A DNA stretch of 64,000 nucleotides from Candidatus Thorarchaeota archaeon (GTDB lineage Archaea; Asgardarchaeota; Thorarchaeia; Thorarchaeales; Thorarchaeaceae). The stretch covers positions 2,868 through 66,867 of the forward strand of contig JAGXKG010000005.1 in the NCBI GenBank assembly GCA_018335335.1, in the 5' to 3' direction. A program made the position numbers and the translations under genes. The notes under the pieces are model-generated. The model saw only the letters and a list, made by a program, of their open reading frames with translations, searched no databases and was not told where the DNA came from. This document shows, in pieces, positions 19,968-30,165 of the stretch; the stretch's first letter is position 1, and every line of letters starts with the position of its first letter.

Positions 19968-20432
19968 GTGAGTATCCAAGAAGCCTTCAGGAAGATGATT
20001 AATCTAGCCATCGAGCGAGAAGAAGAAGCCCACGATTTCTATATGGAAGGAGCAGAAAATGCAGAGAATCGAGCATCAAAGAAGCTGCTCGAAGAACTTG
20101 CGGAACAGGAAGAGGATCACAAGGAGAAGCTGCAGAAGGCACTTGAAGATGGTGTATGTGAGACGTTCGCCTGCACGCTTGAAGAAGTTGAGAAGAGAAA
20201 ATTGGAAGATTACCTTATAGAAGTGCCCTTGAATCCATCATCCCCACCTCAAGATGTACTCATTGTTGCAATGAAACGAGAAAAGGCATCCTTTGAGTTC
20301 TACTCAGCTCTTGCCGAGCTGACTGAAGATCCAGCCAGTAAATCGGTCTTCCGAACTCTGGCAAAAGAAGAGGAAGAGCATAAGAACAATCTTCAGCAAA
20401 TGTACGATGAAAACATTGCCCCGTGGATGTAG
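19968..20432 (+). CDS. Ferritin-like/rubrerythrin-family diiron protein without a rubredoxin domain
   Basis: Two E...EE.H half-sites (EREEEAHDFY...EQEEDHKE and EKASFEFY...EEEEHKN). Confidence 0.7.
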   Translation: MSIQEAFRKMINLAIEREEEAHDFYMEGAENAENRASKKLLEELAEQEEDHKEKLQKALEDGVCETFACTLEEVEKRKLEDYLIEVPLNPSSPPQDVLIVAMKREKASFEFYSALAELTEDPASKSVFRTLAKEEEEHKNNLQQMYDENIAPWM

Positions 20433-20477
20433 TGAACCGCCCAGCAATATGACACTGAGCGATTCTGTTCCACATTA

Positions 20478-21755
20478 CTATTTGTGATGCAGGTTCTGAG
20501 CTGCTACGAAACTGAGGCCGTTTTCCGTTAGAACCTGAGCTGTGCGATTGAGAGCATCGTGCTTGTCCAGGTAGTTCGTCAGGAGTTCTGACATCAGACC
20601 CTTTTCTTGTATTTCTTTCTTGCTGAGGAAATACTCGAGTATGTTGCTGGGATGGTCCCGTGCAGCGTCCACTTCTGGAATTCCACCCTCATGCTTTGCA
20701 CTGATGTTCTTGACATGGTCTGCAAGCTCGACCAGTTCGTCTAGGCGATCATAGGGCTGTCGCACAATGCCCTTGTAGGTTTCTGTGATGTGATGCTCGA
20801 TACGGACAACATCGGTAAAACCGAAATGGTTTCGAATCATTGCCGCAAGCTCGATGGTTTCGTTGTTGACACTATTGCTCAGATTGAATCCAATAAGAGG
20901 AGTTGTTCCATCATCCCGACTGAAGAGCTTGGCGGTCATGAGCGTCCACAAACAGGCGTAGGGATTGTCATTTCCAAGAAAGACACTAATCTTGAACTCC
21001 ATATCTATCCCTAGCTTGTGCAACATGTAGCCAACGAGTACACTACCAGGGTTTGTATTGAGAACTTGTTTGATTCCATATTCGGTATAGTAATGGATGA
21101 ACTCATCAGCCCATTTCACTGCGTAATCGTTAGGCATCCCTACCCCACCGAAATAACCCGTTAGAGTTTCTGGCCCCCCTAGGTGGACATTCACGGGCTT
21201 CCCATCAGGGCCCGGAAGCGTCCCCTTTGTATCTAATGTTTCAACATACGAAGCGCCAACAATCTGCATTGCAGCAGCGAAAGCGAGGACATGGTCGTCC
21301 TGGACTTGTTCTTCCATTGATCGTACCCGAATGAATCTACCAGGCATCACCTCCTCGTGCTCGATTGCCTTTTTTGCTTCACGAATCACCCAAGGAAAGA
21401 ACTGACACGCACTTATCTCCAAGGTAACCGCGTGTTCTTCATCAAATGACATGGTTTCGTATCTGTCGCCAAGCACCTTACGCCTATAGGCAGGAATGGA
21501 AATGAACTCATCATCATCTCGTGCCTTCTGTAACCACTCTAGGTCTTCGACAAATGGCGAGTCCTTGTCCCGAAGCCGGGACATCAAAGTATCTAGGTCT
21601 CTGGCTTCCCGCGCCTTTGCGTTTATCTCTTCAACACCACCGTGCTTCTCAATGACGTCCAATAGGTCATTTACAAGGGGGTTATCTTCACTGACCAGCA
21701 GGTCGTTTATTTCAGCCAGTCTTTCAGGGTCGATTTTCAACTTCTGCATATCCAT
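20478..21755 (-). CDS. Hypothetical protein (425 aa), no recognisable family
   Basis: Long uninterrupted ORF with protein-like composition. It has a helical N-terminal ~110 aa and a globular C-terminal part. Confidence 0.6.
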   Translation of the reverse strand: MDMQKLKIDPERLAEINDLLVSEDNPLVNDLLDVIEKHGGVEEINAKAREARDLDTLMSRLRDKDSPFVEDLEWLQKARDDDEFISIPAYRRKVLGDRYETMSFDEEHAVTLEISACQFFPWVIREAKKAIEHEEVMPGRFIRVRSMEEQVQDDHVLAFAAAMQIVGASYVETLDTKGTLPGPDGKPVNVHLGGPETLTGYFGGVGMPNDYAVKWADEFIHYYTEYGIKQVLNTNPGSVLVGYMLHKLGIDMEFKISVFLGNDNPYACLWTLMTAKLFSRDDGTTPLIGFNLSNSVNNETIELAAMIRNHFGFTDVVRIEHHITETYKGIVRQPYDRLDELVELADHVKNISAKHEGGIPEVDAARDHPSNILEYFLSKKEIQEKGLMSELLTNYLDKHDALNRTAQVLTENGLSFVAAQNLHHK

Positions 21756-21923
21756 AGATGATACTTCCAGATAGTTATGGTTTGTACCAACTCAGGTTAA
21801 TTACATAACCATTTCTTACTTTGAGGGTTTCTTAAAAGAGGTTATGGCGGGCAGTAAATGGAGCATCAGAAGTACGAACCGGGAAAGCGAGAAAATGTGC
21901 TTCTGCTGGAGGTGGTTTCGATT

Positions 21924-22529
21924 TCACCATACATCATTTACAAGTCTTCGTTTTGTCTTCTCGAGGACCTCACTTAGGTTGACATCTCCTCCTAACTGAT
22001 TCGTAACAAACTCGTCCAGCTGAGATGCGATTTGGAGGCACCTTTCTTGACCTCGGATGGTATCATCAGAATGATCCATATAGTCCATCATCCCAAGAAC
22101 CCCGTAATCAATAGTCAAATTGCTGATTTCACGTACGAGTTTTGAAGCAAAGAGCTCAACTCGTAATGCCAGCCAATCAGAATCCTCAGCGGCGAGAGTA
22201 TCAATCACCCGGAGAAGCGAAAAATGGAATTGATACTTAAGCTCCCTCAATTTTGTTCTCATAGCTTTGGTCTCTTCAGAAAGCCGCTCCTCCTCCGTCT
22301 CTGCAGGTGTGTTTGTTAGGATGTTCACGCGGTCCCAAGTTGAAATGTCCTCTTTCACATCTTTGAGCCTACGTTGAGTCTCCCTCAATTCACACTCAGT
22401 ATACCGGATATCACTGACAGTGCTGCTTATCTGTTCATCATTTCGAGCTGCAGAAACGAGTTCGTTGGCATATTGCTCAATCGCTCCGCCCACAGTCATT
22501 GCAATCGGTTGTGCTTGCAGGTAATGCAA
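21924..22529 (-). CDS. Hypothetical coiled-coil protein
   Basis: ORF only, with heptad-like charged helices. Confidence 0.45.
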   Translation of the reverse strand: MHYLQAQPIAMTVGGAIEQYANELVSAARNDEQISSTVSDIRYTECELRETQRRLKDVKEDISTWDRVNILTNTPAETEEERLSEETKAMRTKLRELKYQFHFSLLRVIDTLAAEDSDWLALRVELFASKLVREISNLTIDYGVLGMMDYMDHSDDTIRGQERCLQIASQLDEFVTNQLGGDVNLSEVLEKTKRRLVNDVW

Positions 22530-22561
22530 CTATATATTTTGTGAGTCATCGTATTATCGTT

Positions 22562-23206
22562 CTACCAACTAATCTCAAGTCTGCCTACTTCTTGACGGAT
22601 ATAGCTTCTGACAATGGGGCCAACAATAGCTGCAACTATTGCCCCTACTGTTACTTGGATGAGATTCAGAAAAATCAGTTCGAGAAGCGCCGCCATCCAA
22701 GTTATTCCGATTATGAAAATTTCACCGAGGAGGTAACCAGTCAGCATAACAAGGGCACCAGCTGCAAGGGCGACTATATCCAAGACACGAATGCTATCAC
22801 CGCCATCCCGATAGCGAGATATGAGACTCACAGTCATTGCTTCACTGCCTTTTACCACAAGGGTAATGGGAACAAATGGCATGTAACCTAATACCGCATC
22901 CCCGGTAGCAGAACCAACACCACCTACAAAGAAGGCCCCAACAGGACCAAGAATAATACCACTTGTCATAACAAGAATATCACCGAAGTTGAGATATCCT
23001 GTTGAAGTGGGAAATGGAACTGATATCATGGCTGTTGCAACCGTGGTGAGGGCAGTCAATATGGCCATGATTGCGAGATAGATCGTCCTGCTAGCGCTTT
23101 CAAATTCATTCGATTCCAAGAATGGTTCTCCCTGTTCAGAACGTTCATAGTGTCCAGGAGTCGAATCGGAAAGCGTGTCAGTAGCGGAATTACTGCGAGG
23201 GGTCAT
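22562..23206 (-). CDS. ECF-transporter S-component-like membrane protein
   Basis: Five to six TM segments with S-component-like stretches (VPFPTSTGYLNFGDILVM, GPVGAFFVGGVGSATGD). Confidence 0.55.
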   Translation of the reverse strand: MTPRSNSATDTLSDSTPGHYERSEQGEPFLESNEFESASRTIYLAIMAILTALTTVATAMISVPFPTSTGYLNFGDILVMTSGIILGPVGAFFVGGVGSATGDAVLGYMPFVPITLVVKGSEAMTVSLISRYRDGGDSIRVLDIVALAAGALVMLTGYLLGEIFIIGITWMAALLELIFLNLIQVTVGAIVAAIVGPIVRSYIRQEVGRLEISW

Positions 23207-23285
23207 ACGAACACAACATAACAGGCCAACAGAACAATATATAAGTTTCTACCTATATATAGGCTATAATCAAGGGTGACGGTGG

Positions 23286-24782
23286 ATGTCGTTTGTCTCA
23301 AAATTGGTATGCACAGAATGTGGAAATGAGCTCGACAGGAAATCCACACGCACCCGCTGTGATAGATGCGGCGGAGTTCTTCAAGCAAAATACGACTGGA
23401 ATCATGTCCAAGAGGGCATATCCAAAGGAAACCTACAATGTCTGCCTACAACCCTTTGGAAATACAAAGAATTTCTCCCGGTAACTGCCGAGATGAAGAC
23501 TATCACCTTGGGGGAAGGGGGAACCCCGCTCCACGTCTCTGAGAGGTTAGCCAGTACCATTGGTTGTGCAAAGCTGTACCTAAAGGACGAAACCGCAAAT
23601 CCGACAGGTTCCTTCATAGATAGAGGAACTGCAGTTGAGATATCGGTAGCTCGTGACCTTGGAAATGTATCGATTCATTGCACTTCCAGCGGGAATCTTG
23701 CAGCATCACTTGTAGCCTATGCTGCACGCGCTGCAATCCGTTCAACAATCCATCTTCCACGCAACAGAAAGATGGACATGGGCAAGCTGTATCAGATTGT
23801 AGCTTTTGGCGCAGAATTGGAGGTTTCAAGGGATTACCAAGAGGCCATGAGAGAGGCCAAAGAAAGAGAAATTCACAGTCGTATTCTAGAGGCAGACAAT
23901 CCGTGGTTTCTTGAGGGGCTCAAAACGACGGGGTATGAAATCTGTGACCAGCTTGATTGGTCTGTTCCGGACTGGTTGATTGTTCCGGTGGGAAGTGGCG
24001 GGCATGTTTCGATGATCTGGAAAGGGTTGAAAGAGCTACATACACTTGGGTTCATCGATAGGCTTCCTCGACTTGTTGGCACGCAAGCTGAAGAGTGTGC
24101 ACCTATCGTTGACGCTTTCAACAAGGGGTCCGAGGTGATTGAGACGCCAACCGGCGTATCAGAAGTAGCAATGGACATCAGTATGAGAAATCCTTCGTGT
24201 GGAAAGCTGGCCCTTCATGCGCTCAACGAGTCGAATGGGCTGGCTCTATCTGTGCCTGACGACGACATGCTTGCTGCAGTGGGAGAGCTAGCGAAGAAGG
24301 AAGGGGTGTTTGCAGAACCTGCTTCTGCAACAACACTTGTGGCATTACGACAACTCTGTGAAGAGGGAACGATCGCTCCGGACTCAACCATAGTCTGTGT
24401 CATTACAGGCATGGGGCTGAAGTACCCAGAGGTGGCCCGTGAACTGGTGAAGGGAGAACGAAAGCTACGTAATATCCTCAACCAAGTTGAACATCGAAAA
24501 TATACCACTAAACTTGGGCGATCGAAAATCTCCATCCTCAAACTCCTTGCTGAAGGCGAGTCATATGGATACCAGATTTGGAAGGACCTTGCAAACCAGT
24601 TTGGAATCGAGATACGGGTTGCAACAGTCTATCAACATTTGAAGGATCTTGAGGAGGAGGGGTTGCTTACATCAACGAAAATAGAGCAGGTCCCCCGAAA
24701 AACCAAGTACTATCATCTCACGGAAAAGGGACAATGGGCACTCGAGAAGCTTGGGAAATTCGAAGAGACAGGACGATTATAG
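23286..24782 (+). CDS. Threonine-synthase-like PLP-fold domain lacking the catalytic lysine, fused to a C-terminal PadR-type wHTH
   Basis: N-terminal Zn ribbon CTECG...CDRCGG. ThrC-like motifs LYLKDETANPTGSFIDRG (Ile where Lys is expected), SSGN.AAS.VAYAAR and PVGSGGH. C-terminal PadR signature ESYGYQIW...VYQHLKDLEEEGLL...KYYHLTEKG. Confidence 0.8.
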   Translation: MSFVSKLVCTECGNELDRKSTRTRCDRCGGVLQAKYDWNHVQEGISKGNLQCLPTTLWKYKEFLPVTAEMKTITLGEGGTPLHVSERLASTIGCAKLYLKDETANPTGSFIDRGTAVEISVARDLGNVSIHCTSSGNLAASLVAYAARAAIRSTIHLPRNRKMDMGKLYQIVAFGAELEVSRDYQEAMREAKEREIHSRILEADNPWFLEGLKTTGYEICDQLDWSVPDWLIVPVGSGGHVSMIWKGLKELHTLGFIDRLPRLVGTQAEECAPIVDAFNKGSEVIETPTGVSEVAMDISMRNPSCGKLALHALNESNGLALSVPDDDMLAAVGELAKKEGVFAEPASATTLVALRQLCEEGTIAPDSTIVCVITGMGLKYPEVARELVKGERKLRNILNQVEHRKYTTKLGRSKISILKLLAEGESYGYQIWKDLANQFGIEIRVATVYQHLKDLEEEGLLTSTKIEQVPRKTKYYHLTEKGQWALEKLGKFEETGRL

Positions 24783-24931
24783 TAGGCTGCATGCTTTTGG
24801 CCAGGGAATGGTTCGACTGTTCGTTCAAATGAGCATTCATCGTGATAAGGCAAGGATTTTAACAATTTGCCACTAATTATTTACGATGGTCATAACACCA
24901 TGTTGTGACCCGCCTTGAGGTTGAGATAAAG

Positions 24932-25321
24932 ATGGATAAGAAATGGCTACAAACAGCGGATTGGAAGAATGAAAAGCATGTACCTGTGATCGATGCTCCT
25001 GATAAGGTGAAAAAGGGGGAAGTCGTCAAGGTTACGGTCCAGGTGGGCAAGGAGATACCACACCCGAACACGACAGCACACCACATAAAGTGGGCAGATC
25101 TCTTTTTCTGGCCGGACGGGGAGAAGTTCCCATATGAGATCGGGTATGTCTCATTTGATGCACACGGAGCATCAGTAAAGGGAGCGGACACAAGCACTGT
25201 GTATTGCGAACCATATGCTACGTTCGCATTCAAAACAGAGAAATCTGGAAAGCTCCTTTCGACCAGTTACTGTAACATTCACGGCCTCTGGAAAGACGAG
25301 AAAGAGCTCAAAGTGGAATAG
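24932..25321 (+). CDS. sor: Superoxide reductase (neelaredoxin-type, 1Fe-SOR)
   Basis: EKHVPVI, HP....HHI.W and CNIHGLW iron-ligand motifs. GAGGT lies upstream of the ATG at 24932. Confidence 0.85.
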   Translation: MDKKWLQTADWKNEKHVPVIDAPDKVKKGEVVKVTVQVGKEIPHPNTTAHHIKWADLFFWPDGEKFPYEIGYVSFDAHGASVKGADTSTVYCEPYATFAFKTEKSGKLLSTSYCNIHGLWKDEKELKVE

Positions 25322-25419
25322 ACAAGATAAAGTGGCCTGTGGTATACGGGCCACCTCTCATTTTATTTTAGCACATCAACGAAACAGAATCAGTAGTATT
25401 TCCTAGGTGATAGGTTGGG

Positions 25420-26016
25420 CTAGGCACGTTTCACCCAGCTAACAAGTTCGGTATCCATCGCGTTCTCCTTCAAGAATTCTTCGCGATATTCATCGTTTTT
25501 CAACTGAATCCATACATTCTGAGCAGCCGGATCAAAACCAACTATTCGAAGAGATTTCTGTAATTTGTTTATCCCGAATGCTAATGGAATGGCCAGTATT
25601 GTTACGGCAAAGAATATCCCAGCTCCAAATATCCACCATTGGATACCCGATCCATTTGTCAAAGCATTTGCGAAGTTGAGCCATGCGAAAAACAGCAGGG
25701 AAAAGCTGATACCGTTCGCAAGCACACAGATTGTCTTCAAGCGCCAGTCGACATCACCTGTGTAGTAATGATCTTCACAAACTGGAACCAAGAACGTCCG
25801 GGATTCAGGCGTTGGAAGGTCTAAACGCCGTCGTGCACTTGGAGTGTGACCCGGCTTCCAGCCAGGGCGCAAATACCCCCTCTTGTCAGGATAAGCTACG
25901 ACCCGTACTCTTTCTGTAGCTTCTGATGTGCAGACTGGGCAGATATCTGGAAAGTTCACCCTCTCAGCAGGAACTTTCACAATAGGCGGATCGAATTCCT
26001 CCTTGTAGGGGCTCAT
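25420..26016 (-). CDS. Membrane protein with an N-terminal Cys4 (zinc-ribbon-like) segment
   Basis: CPVC...VPVCEDH followed by three hydrophobic helices. Confidence 0.45.
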   Translation of the reverse strand: MSPYKEEFDPPIVKVPAERVNFPDICPVCTSEATERVRVVAYPDKRGYLRPGWKPGHTPSARRRLDLPTPESRTFLVPVCEDHYYTGDVDWRLKTICVLANGISFSLLFFAWLNFANALTNGSGIQWWIFGAGIFFAVTILAIPLAFGINKLQKSLRIVGFDPAAQNVWIQLKNDEYREEFLKENAMDTELVSWVKRA

Positions 26017-26085
26017 AGATATGCCTCTTCAATGAATATGAAAGGCTCTTAGCATTTACGCAAGATGAGTCTATCGACATGTACT

Positions 26086-26739
26086 TCATTCTGGTACAAG
26101 GAAGCCTTCATTCACCAACTTCGATACTATGGGTCTGAAGCCCGGACAGGTACGCCACTCCATGTTGTATTCGCATCTCTCACACGTTTCTGTCGTCTCA
26201 AGTACTCGTTTGATACTCAAAGCAGCAACAACAACAAGATACAGAAGGAAAACTAGAGTGAATTTCGCGTTAATCATGGATAAAAGTCCATCAGCTAAGA
26301 GAAGTGACCATACAACAGCTGCAAATGAGCCGCCAAGAAGGAACTTCGAGAGGATCTTTCGTCGTTTCGTTTCAGTCAGATGAGCGGTAATGGCCAGTAG
26401 ATAGATAACAATGCCGCCCACTCCACCCCAGAATAGAAAGAAACGATTGAAAGACATAATCTGAGTCAGCCAGAGAAAAAACAACACTATAATACTGGTT
26501 ACAAATGAGAGCATATTGAAGAAACAGCCGATACACCAGTATCGTCCTTTGAATTCGAAGGTATGTAATGAGAATTCTGGGCAGGCGGGGTGATGAGACG
26601 TAAGAAAGGGAGAAGCAATCTGCAAGAAGCGAATTGGGTGGCTTAGAATCTCTCGATAATCAGGCCTCAGCGATTCACCACTATCCATGCCGGAAGGGGA
26701 GTCAGGTGGAACTGGGTTTGGAGTTCCACCATTTTCCAT
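26086..26739 (-). CDS. Hypothetical polytopic membrane protein
   Basis: Four to five TM helices and Cys motifs (CIGC, CERCEYNMEWRTCPG). Confidence 0.45.
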   Translation of the reverse strand: MENGGTPNPVPPDSPSGMDSGESLRPDYREILSHPIRFLQIASPFLTSHHPACPEFSLHTFEFKGRYWCIGCFFNMLSFVTSIIVLFFLWLTQIMSFNRFFLFWGGVGGIVIYLLAITAHLTETKRRKILSKFLLGGSFAAVVWSLLLADGLLSMINAKFTLVFLLYLVVVAALSIKRVLETTETCERCEYNMEWRTCPGFRPIVSKLVNEGFLVPE

Positions 26740-26790
26740 GCAGTGAACCCTTCCGACTACCGCAGATCGATTATGGCTATTGTAGCGGGA

Positions 26791-27162
26791 TTATGGACTG
26801 ATTGGTATCAATGACCAGATAACGCTCAAACCACCAAGGAATACTATAGCAATTACTGCAAAGACAACGATTTCGATTACAAACGTCATAATCCAAGCCG
26901 TAATCGCCTTGCCCCATCCGATTTTATGGCGTGACTTGATAACCCACCACTGAAGAATGCATCCAATACAGGGGATGAGAAAAACAATCGCCATGAAAAG
27001 CGCGGTTACAAATGTGTCGCCTAGATCTCTATTCTTGCCGTTCACAAAGCCAAGTGCGATACCTAGGAAAATACCGTTTATGACCAGCGAAATAAGAGCC
27101 AGAATAACGAGATAGATAAGACCTTCTGAGATATTGATTGGTAGATTGAATTGAAGTAGCAT
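26791..27162 (-). CDS. Small membrane protein
   Basis: Three to four TM helices; ORF only. Confidence 0.45.
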   Translation of the reverse strand: MLLQFNLPINISEGLIYLVILALISLVINGIFLGIALGFVNGKNRDLGDTFVTALFMAIVFLIPCIGCILQWWVIKSRHKIGWGKAITAWIMTFVIEIVVFAVIAIVFLGGLSVIWSLIPISP

Positions 27163-27247
27163 AGTAAGGGCCTCCTTAAATGATACCGTTTGTCCTTGCT
27201 GACGAATCCATAATTTAAAAGCCTAGCGCATACTTGCTGGGATAGAA

Positions 27248-27844
27248 ATGCATGGAAACCAAGGTAGTAGAAATGCGATGTATACTGGCAAGAAAGTTCG
27301 GCTTCGAGCTCTAGAAATGGATGATTTAGATAGTGTCATGGAACATTGGAATACCTACGAAACAAGGAGATTTCTGTACTCAGCGGTTCCTATGTCTCAA
27401 GGAACGGAAAAGGAATGGTTGGAGAAAGCAAGCAAGAGCCGCCCATGGAAAGATGGTGAGTTGAACCTAGCAATTGAAGACAAAAAGACAGCCGAGTTCC
27501 TAGGAACTGTCAGTCTTATGGATGTTTCAAAGCAACACAGCCGAGCTGAATTTGGAATCGCTATCCATAACCCCGAAAACCAGGGCAAGGGGTATGGAAC
27601 CGATGCAACACGTGTCATGCTGTGGATTGGATTCCATGTACTTAATCTCAACAGTATTTTCTTGCTTACATTAGCACATAACAAACGTGCAATCAGAGCC
27701 TATGAAAAAGCTGGCTTCAAAAAATGCGGGACGTTTAGAAAAGCTGCTTATACAGAGGGAGAATTCCATGATTTCGTTGCAATGGATGTCTTGAAGGAAG
27801 ACTTCATGGGAGAATATCCTCTAGGAACGCATATTGAGGAATAG
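27248..27844 (+). CDS. GNAT N-acetyltransferase (RimJ/RimL-like)
   Basis: VRLRALEMDD, EFGIAIHNPENQGKGYGT and N.RAIRAYEKAGFK motifs. Confidence 0.8.
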   Translation: MHGNQGSRNAMYTGKKVRLRALEMDDLDSVMEHWNTYETRRFLYSAVPMSQGTEKEWLEKASKSRPWKDGELNLAIEDKKTAEFLGTVSLMDVSKQHSRAEFGIAIHNPENQGKGYGTDATRVMLWIGFHVLNLNSIFLLTLAHNKRAIRAYEKAGFKKCGTFRKAAYTEGEFHDFVAMDVLKEDFMGEYPLGTHIEE

Positions 27845-28096
27845 ATACCGACACCGAAATTGATGGATTGTTGCATAGTGCGTTTCCAATTGCAAAGGAT
27901 ATCAGGCAAAAATGTGGACTAGATAAGACCTTTATCATCGAGTGTTCTGAGAAACACGAAGATATTCCCAACTAGGCCTTCACAAAATGCTCAGAGAATC
28001 GCAACAACCAAAAGCAAGGAACTAGAGTTGGTCAACAGAGAATCTCAAATTGTGCTTGAGCATCACATGATTACTATTAGAGAGGAGATTTGACAG

Positions 28097-30106
28097 ATGC
28101 CAGAGTCAGAATCCATCCATGAAAAAGCCATCAATACAATTCGTTTTCTATCTGCAGACGCTGTTCAACGTGCAAATTCCGGTCATCCGGGAATGCCAAT
28201 GGGCAGTGCCACGATTGCCTATACCCTCTGGAGACGCCATCTCAGGTATAATCCAAAGAATCCTGAGTGGCCAGATCGAGATCGATTCATACTCTCGGGG
28301 GGGCACGGATCCATGCTCCTATACTCATTGCTCCACCTTACAGGGTACGACTTAAGTTTGGAAGATATCAAAAAATTCAGGCAGTGGGGAAGTCCAACTC
28401 CAGGTCATCCTGAGTGTCATGAGACTCCAGGTGTGGAAGTGACAACAGGACCACTCGGGCAGGGATTCGGTAACGCTGTTGGAATGGCCATTGCAGAAAA
28501 ACATCTAGCAGCAGTATTCAATCGAGATAACCATGAGATCATTGACCATTATACATATGTTCTGGCAACCGATGGCGATATGATGGAGGGTATTAGCTCC
28601 GAAGGGGGTTCCTTGGCGGGTCACCTCAAACTGGGCAAGCTAATAGTTCTGTATGATGATAATGAGATTTCTATCGATGGAAGCACAGATATTACATTTA
28701 CAGAGGATGTAAGGAAACGCTTTGAGGCCTTTGGCTGGCACATACAGACCGTTGAGAATGGCAATGACATCGAAGCTATTGATACTGCAATAAAGAAAGC
28801 CAAAGAGGATTCAAGGCCTTCACTGATAGCCTGTCAAACCCATATCGGATATGGTATGCCAAACAAACAGGATACCGCCAAGGCTCATGGAGAGCCACCT
28901 GGTGAGGACGAACTGGAAGGAGCAAAAGAGAACCTTGGATGGCCGCTTGAACCTCGTTTCTATATCCCGGAAGAGGTGCTTGAACATTTCAGACAAGCTG
29001 TCCCACAGGGAGAGAAGCTAGAGAAAGAATGGAAAGCACAAATCGATGAATATGCACAGAAACATCCTGAACTAGCTGAGGAGTTTAATCGCCGCATGAA
29101 AGGGGAACTTCCTGACGGATGGGATGTGGACCTTCCACGCTATGCCGAAGATGATGGAAAGCTTGCAACGAGGGTTCCATCGGGTCACGTTATCAATGCT
29201 CTTGCTCAACACGTTCCCGAACTGATTGGTGGTTCCGCAGACCTAACACCATCAAATAAGACATGGATAGACGAAAGCACAGCCTTGCAGGCAGATAATC
29301 CAGAAGGGCGAAACATCCATTTTGGAGTACGAGAGCATGTTATGGCAACCATAGTCAATGGAATGGCAGCTCATGGCGGTATCAAACCATACGGAGCCAC
29401 GTTCCTCATTTTCTCCGATTACATGCGACCAGCAATCAGGATGTCAGCGCTTTCTCGTCATAACAGCCTGTGGATTTTCACCCATGACAGTATTGGATTG
29501 GGAGAAGATGGGCCAACTCATCAGCCGGTGGAGCAATTAGCTTCCCTTCGAGCTATTCCCAATCTGGTAGTAATTCGTCCCTGTGATGCAAATGAAGTCG
29601 TGGAGGGCTGGAAGTTCGGAATGAAGCGAACAGAAGGCCCGACCGCATTCGCGTTTACTCGTCAGAAAGTCCCAATTCTTAATCGTGATGAATATACCAA
29701 AGCAGAAGGCCTTCAGAAGGGGGCATATGTCCTCGCAGACCTTGGCAACGAGGACCCCCAGCTACTACTGATGGCTTCGGGGTCCGAGGTGCACCTTATT
29801 GTGGAAGCGGGAAAGGAGCTCGCAGAAGAAGGAATCAGCGTTAGACTGGTTTCGTTCCCAAGCTGGGAATTGTTCCAACAACAGGCCGAAGAGTATCGCA
29901 AATCTGTCCTTCCACCGAACATAACAGCAAGACTAGCAGTTGAAGCAGGTGTGTCACAAGGATGGGAACGCTGGGTGGGAGAAAATGGAGACATCATCGG
30001 TGTTGAGAAGTTTGGCTCTTCTGCACCCTACAAAGTCATTTTTGAGAAGTACGGATTTACCGTTCGGAATGTCATCAACAGAGCAAAAGCATTGGTAGAG
30101 AAATAG
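28097..30106 (+). CDS. tkt: Transketolase, full-length single-polypeptide type
   Basis: [44 protein letters not shown] and DGD.MEG motifs, plus the pyrimidine-binding and C-terminal domains (669 aa). Confidence 0.95.
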   Translation: MPESESIHEKAINTIRFLSADAVQRANSGHPGMPMGSATIAYTLWRRHLRYNPKNPEWPDRDRFILSGGHGSMLLYSLLHLTGYDLSLEDIKKFRQWGSPTPGHPECHETPGVEVTTGPLGQGFGNAVGMAIAEKHLAAVFNRDNHEIIDHYTYVLATDGDMMEGISSEGGSLAGHLKLGKLIVLYDDNEISIDGSTDITFTEDVRKRFEAFGWHIQTVENGNDIEAIDTAIKKAKEDSRPSLIACQTHIGYGMPNKQDTAKAHGEPPGEDELEGAKENLGWPLEPRFYIPEEVLEHFRQAVPQGEKLEKEWKAQIDEYAQKHPELAEEFNRRMKGELPDGWDVDLPRYAEDDGKLATRVPSGHVINALAQHVPELIGGSADLTPSNKTWIDESTALQADNPEGRNIHFGVREHVMATIVNGMAAHGGIKPYGATFLIFSDYMRPAIRMSALSRHNSLWIFTHDSIGLGEDGPTHQPVEQLASLRAIPNLVVIRPCDANEVVEGWKFGMKRTEGPTAFAFTRQKVPILNRDEYTKAEGLQKGAYVLADLGNEDPQLLLMASGSEVHLIVEAGKELAEEGISVRLVSFPSWELFQQQAEEYRKSVLPPNITARLAVEAGVSQGWERWVGENGDIIGVEKFGSSAPYKVIFEKYGFTVRNVINRAKALVEK

Positions 30107-30165
30107 TAGGTTTATGAAGAGTGCCTGTTACTTCTCGATTCTGATAAGAGAGGTGCAGGCGCGAT

